64,000 nucleotides of DNA from Alphaproteobacteria bacterium. GTDB lineage: Bacteria > Pseudomonadota > Alphaproteobacteria > MPNO01 > UBA830. Location of the stretch: the NCBI GenBank assembly GCA_965243135.1, contig OZ251539.1, positions 1,280,001 through 1,344,000 on the forward strand, in the 5' to 3' direction. The notes beneath the pieces were generated by a model, which saw nothing but the letters and a program-made list of their open reading frames with translations, was not told the DNA's origin and did not search any database. Shown one piece after another: positions 59,843-64,000 of this stretch; position 1 is the stretch's first letter; each line of letters begins with the position of its first letter. Both the position numbers and the translations under genes were made by a program.

Positions 59843-61681
59843 TCAGGCGTTTTCGGATGGATCTTCGACAGATTCGCGTTCGATACCCACATCGCGCACA
59901 ATAGCACGAGGCCTTTGCGCGCGCCACGACGCGACGACTCGATCATATCCTTCGGGTCTCCGGGCAAGAGACCATTGCGAACTGACCTCGGGGTCAGTGC
60001 TTTGCGGCCGCCGCCCTTCCGGCGGCAAGGTGATACGGCAACGCATGGGCAACTTGGTTGCTTCACCCACAACGATCGCCTCGCCCGTGCGAAGAACGGG
60101 CAATACATCGAGAAGCCCGACGATACCGTCCGGCAGCGTGCCCCGAACGTGATCGCGATCTGTCCGGTTTGAGAGCCGAAGTGCAAAGAATGTTCCGCAC
60201 TGTGCGAGGATGGTTTCGTCAACCTCGGAAGGCCGCTGGCTGATGATCATAGCGCCGACTCCGTATTTACGTCCTTCTTTGGCTATTCGCTGAACCATCT
60301 CGGACGCCAAGCTATCGGTACCGCTTGACAAATACCGATGGGCCTCCTCCATTACGATAAGCAGAGGGCGAATTATGCCGCCCTCAGATTTCTCTCTGCT
60401 CCAGAAGAGAGATTCGTAAACGATCTTCAGGATTGATCCGATAAGGCGGTCAAGCACTGCACTTGGCACAGCAGATAGATCAAGTATTGAAATCGATTTT
60501 TCGCCGCCTATCCAGCCGGCGAGCAAGTCGTCAAGGTCACGTTCAGGGCGACCGTCAAGGTCAGGTTCCCAAGGACCGGGATGGAGCAGAAAATCGTATC
60601 TGCGATCTAGAAGGCGAGAGCGCAGTAGATTGAGTTGTCGTCGAATGCCGACCGCTTGCGGATTAAGAAACGGCCCCTGTGCACCCATACCGTGGGTTTT
60701 GTACTGAGGGGCTTTCAACTCATTGGCATCACCCTCAACCTGTAGGGTGGATTGATCCCGGTTTCTTCCCTCGAACGTGGCGATTTCGATATTTATCAGA
60801 TCGTACCAAAGTTTTTTCAAACTGAACGGTAATGGAGTATCGACAGTGATTGAACCTTCTTCAATCCCGGCAAAATCCGCGAAATCGTGGGCGCGTGTCT
60901 TGAGTTCAAATAGCTTCTCGTTGAACGCAGTTTCGCGGGGGCCATCATCTAAGTCGCCAGTCAGAAAAGTAAGCAAATCGGATGCATTCAGTGCCCAATA
61001 TGGGATTAACAATCGCTCTTCTCCAGATTGCGGATCGGCCGAATAGATGGTGGCGACATCCGAAAGCGCCTTTCGATATTCTCCGTGGATATCAAGCACC
61101 AAGATCCTTGCACTCGGGTAACCGCCGCCATCCGCAGGGACGGCGGTGATCGCTTGCAGCAGGCTGGCTATCGTCGTCGATTTGCCCGCGCCAGTCGATC
61201 CAAGAACGGCCGAATGGCGGGTTATCAGCTTGTCGACAGCGATCTTGGCCGGGATGCTCTCGGCACTGGAAAGCGATCCGATAACCACATGTCCGAGATT
61301 GTCAGCCCCGTAGATGTGCGCAAGACTGCCTTCCGTTACAATATGGACGCTGTCGCCGACATTGGGGTATTGACTGATGCCGCGCTCGAAAACGCCGCCA
61401 ACCGACTCGCCGACGAGCTGAACCTCCATCCAGCGACCTGTGTCATCATTGTCTGCCTCGGTTGTTTGGGGTGCCGCCTTGGCACCGACCTCCGAGACGA
61501 CACCGAACAAGTTCTGATACCCTTGGGGAATACGGACGAAGCTAGCCACTTGACCGATACGGTAGGTACGGCCCTCGATAATGGACAGGCCGGAAGCGAC
61601 GGATTGCGCCAAATGGACGCCGATGGACGAGCCCGAAACTGACGCGACAGTGCCGAGATAGGTGGGATCATGGCTAATCAT
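59843..61681 (-). CDS. herA: HerA-like ATPase (HAS barrel + DUF87)
   Basis: HSAVLGSTGAGKS, LDIHGEY, IVMEEAHRY, IAKEGRKYG, SQRPSE. Confidence 0.92.
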   Translation of the reverse strand: MISHDPTYLGTVASVSGSSIGVHLAQSVASGLSIIEGRTYRIGQVASFVRIPQGYQNLFGVVSEVGAKAAPQTTEADNDDTGRWMEVQLVGESVGGVFERGISQYPNVGDSVHIVTEGSLAHIYGADNLGHVVIGSLSSAESIPAKIAVDKLITRHSAVLGSTGAGKSTTIASLLQAITAVPADGGGYPSARILVLDIHGEYRKALSDVATIYSADPQSGEERLLIPYWALNASDLLTFLTGDLDDGPRETAFNEKLFELKTRAHDFADFAGIEEGSITVDTPLPFSLKKLWYDLINIEIATFEGRNRDQSTLQVEGDANELKAPQYKTHGMGAQGPFLNPQAVGIRRQLNLLRSRLLDRRYDFLLHPGPWEPDLDGRPERDLDDLLAGWIGGEKSISILDLSAVPSAVLDRLIGSILKIVYESLFWSREKSEGGIIRPLLIVMEEAHRYLSSGTDSLASEMVQRIAKEGRKYGVGAMIISQRPSEVDETILAQCGTFFALRLSNRTDRDHVRGTLPDGIVGLLDVLPVLRTGEAIVVGEATKLPMRCRITLPPEGRRPQSTDPEVSSQWSLARRPEGYDRVVASWRAQRPRAIVRDVGIERESVEDPSENA

Positions 61682-61711
61682 CAATGTCTCCGTCAGCGGT
61701 CAGACTGCAAT

Positions 61712-62929
61712 CTATGATGCCGTTACGCTTTCTTCTCCATTAGAATCCTCCCCGGAAACGTCCGGGGCAGGCCTGAAATTGGTAGCCTGAGCTAGTGCAA
61801 AGAATTGGGCAAACAATGCAAAATCGCCCAAGAGAAACTTTTCGGTTTCCGCGCTCCAGAATGTATTGCGGATCGCTTCCCATTCGTCATTTGGCGACTT
61901 TCCAAGTCCCCATTTTCCTGGAACGCCGAAAATCATGGCGTTGTCATTTGCATAAACGCTGAGGTTAGGGCGGCGACGAGCAAGCTCGACCACAGCTTTT
62001 TCTTGCTCCAACTCACGGTATTGAAATGCTAAGACAGCTGTGTGGGTATTGGCAGAAAGTGCCTCATCTATAATGGCCGTTATTTGAGCATCTAAAAATG
62101 AGAATCCAACACATAATAACAAGCTGTCCGGCGTCATCAAAAAAGTGCGAAGGCGCTCGAAAAGTGCAGAGTATGGTTGGCGCGTGATCTGATCGTATTT
62201 TAGATGATCCGGATATATTAACACGGTGGCATTGCGGTTTCCTGTCCTGATAATTGTACCTTCTAAAAAATCCCATCCTAGCGACCCATGAAGCTTCCAT
62301 AGCCGCGACCAGCGTGGCGGAAGCACGTCGTCGGAAATGCTAGTCGGATCAAAGAAAGGCCTGTGAGCCCCTGTGAAACCGTCAAAATACGGCAACCGTG
62401 CGCGTTCGAACGCTTCTTCCAGAAGTAGGTCGTAGTTCGGCGTGAATATCTCGATCGGGTGATCGCGGTGGGTGCCGCCAATCCATGAAACGAGCTCCGA
62501 ATAAGGATTTGGTTCGTTGGGAAGAGGTTTTGCAACGATGCCTCCGATAATACTGCATATGCGCCCTGCCATCTCTTCGTAACCGACGCCATTCAGATTG
62601 TGGACTGTAGAACCTCCGATTGCTTGGGAAAGTCGTCGAATGCGGGTTAAAATAGATTCGATATTGGGATTTTTGCCCAATTCAGGCTTAAGTGCATCAA
62701 CGACCGTTTTATCCGGTTCTCCTAAATTCATTTCGACCTCTTGAGTTAGCCGCTCAACATCGGGAATGAGCGGCTGACCATTATCGTCGAGTTTGTTTTC
62801 GTCGTTGACCTTGAGAGAAACTGGCGCGCCGGCACCGATGAGAAATCCAATTCGTTTACGGCCCTGCGAGATAATTTGTCGTAAATCAGCCATAAATCGA
62901 TCAGGATTATGGATTGTGGTTTGAGGCAT
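61712..62929 (-). CDS. SIR2-like (SIR2_2) NADase of a SIR2-HerA defence system
   Basis: FLIGAGA, FTPNYDLLLEEA, LWKLHGS, LIYP...KY, VGFSF.D. Confidence 0.9.
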   Translation of the reverse strand: MPQTTIHNPDRFMADLRQIISQGRKRIGFLIGAGAPVSLKVNDENKLDDNGQPLIPDVERLTQEVEMNLGEPDKTVVDALKPELGKNPNIESILTRIRRLSQAIGGSTVHNLNGVGYEEMAGRICSIIGGIVAKPLPNEPNPYSELVSWIGGTHRDHPIEIFTPNYDLLLEEAFERARLPYFDGFTGAHRPFFDPTSISDDVLPPRWSRLWKLHGSLGWDFLEGTIIRTGNRNATVLIYPDHLKYDQITRQPYSALFERLRTFLMTPDSLLLCVGFSFLDAQITAIIDEALSANTHTAVLAFQYRELEQEKAVVELARRRPNLSVYANDNAMIFGVPGKWGLGKSPNDEWEAIRNTFWSAETEKFLLGDFALFAQFFALAQATNFRPAPDVSGEDSNGEESVTAS

Positions 62930-63498
62930 GATGGTCTCTCTGGCTTCAGGGCAACTTCATCGCGGATCTTGCTATGGAAATACTACCGAGTTTCGAGCGC
63001 AAATGGTCGAGTGAATGTTCATATACATATACGAGCCGACGAATCGGAAAGTGCACCTGCACATTCCGCGCCGCCCCATCCGAACGGAGAATATCAGATA
63101 TTCCCCCTGTCTGTCAAGAACATTTTGAACTGAGATGCCTGCCGAAGTTCGATATCCGGGCCTGATCGTGCGACCGCCGGATCGTTCCGACGCTCGAATC
63201 CCCCTCGCTGTCAGGCGTGGCCGACGCCGACTGGGACGGTGGTGGTCAGGCGGGTTTCGCGATGCCGAGAGAAACCGCCTTTCTGCGGCGCACTGAGATA
63301 TCCAAGTTGAGCGTATCTTGGGCGACCCGTGCGCTCCAGTCGATAGCGTTCCGTCAACGCTTCCCGGCGAGGCACCGGAATATCGTCCATCGTCACCTGT
63401 CCGGTCGAGAGAAACCAGTACGCCACTTCCTGCCCGGCGATCTCCGGGCGTTCGGCGATATCCACCCGGCCGGGAATGCAGCCGTGGTCTGCCTGCCC

Positions 63499-63739
63499 TT
63501 TGCTGTGTAACTACCCCGAGCCGCAGGCCATAACAACCCGTTCCGCGAATCGAAGATTTTTCGCGGCGGTGCTTGCCGTTCGAGCATTCGGGAGCGTGAC
63601 GCTGAGGGCTGCCCCGTATAGCCCTGTCTTCACGCCGCGACGCCCGAACGCGGAACGGTTATGTCGGCGAGCGGCGCGACGCCAGCAAGACCACCAGTTA
63701 CATGCTACGGGGCGAGCAGGCACCGATCATGAGAGTTTG
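63499..63739 (-). repeat. Dispersed MITE-like repeat, copy D
   Basis: Reverse complement aligns to copy A, including the caaa.ctcatgatcgg.gcctgctc flank. Confidence 0.85.
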
Positions 63740-64000
63740 GTGCGTGAGTTCCGTTTCTTGCCGCGTCGCCGCAGATGCAGCGTTCCGCCAGCCTCCATGT
63801 CCTTCGTGTGCCGTGGAAAGATGCTTTCTTCTGGTAGGTGCGAATCCCACCCAACAACTGTCGTTCCGGTTGGTAGTATGAGCGTCGCCTCGCGCTTCTT
63901 GCGCGCCCGCTTGCCGTCCAGGCGGCGAGGTTCCGCGATCTCCTGGTCAGCACCTGCTGCCCCGCCATGTAAAGGCCCTTTTCTTGCCGTCTTCGCACAA

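Noticed and set aside
63211-63998. Minus-strand ORF fragments either side of repeat copy D
   Set aside because: Possibly an interrupted gene, but no family was recognised and it runs off the window.

Overview
GC-rich bacterial window that is almost entirely a decaying and renewing defence/mobile-element island, with a small core-like block (ghrA, ald, S8 peptidase lipoprotein) at 33.7-39.2 kb. The gene repertoire resembles host-associated (e.g. sponge-symbiont) proteobacteria; this is inference only. Highlights: (1) A tandem array of five complete AAA-ATPase-like + PD-(D/E)xK genes, a sixth implied off the left edge, and two more on the opposite strand at 52.8 and 57.8 kb. Each has its own leaderless-type promoter, the copies are recombinational mosaics, and they differ mostly in a hypervariable cassette between Walker A and Walker B. 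(2) An MBL hydrolase followed by a single 1166-aa E2-E1-JAB-patatin polypeptide, i.e. a 6A-MBL-type ubiquitin-like conjugation system with a phospholipase fused on. (3) A Type IIG R-M gene with a C14 tract just after its ATG. (4) A ~1350-aa HigA-HTH/nuclease-fold protein, DUF262+HEPN, an OLD-like ATPase-TOPRIM, SIR2-HerA-KTSC, a lone trypsin-like protease and TA remnants. (5) Three IS elements with resolvable IRs and TSDs (ISAs1 with DUF4338 fusion, ISAzo13, ISNCY), many IS relics, and a ~220-250 bp dispersed repeat. Frequent small indels suggest the assembly may contain errors, so frameshift and fusion calls need read-level confirmation. All family calls come from motif recognition by eye; no searches were run.
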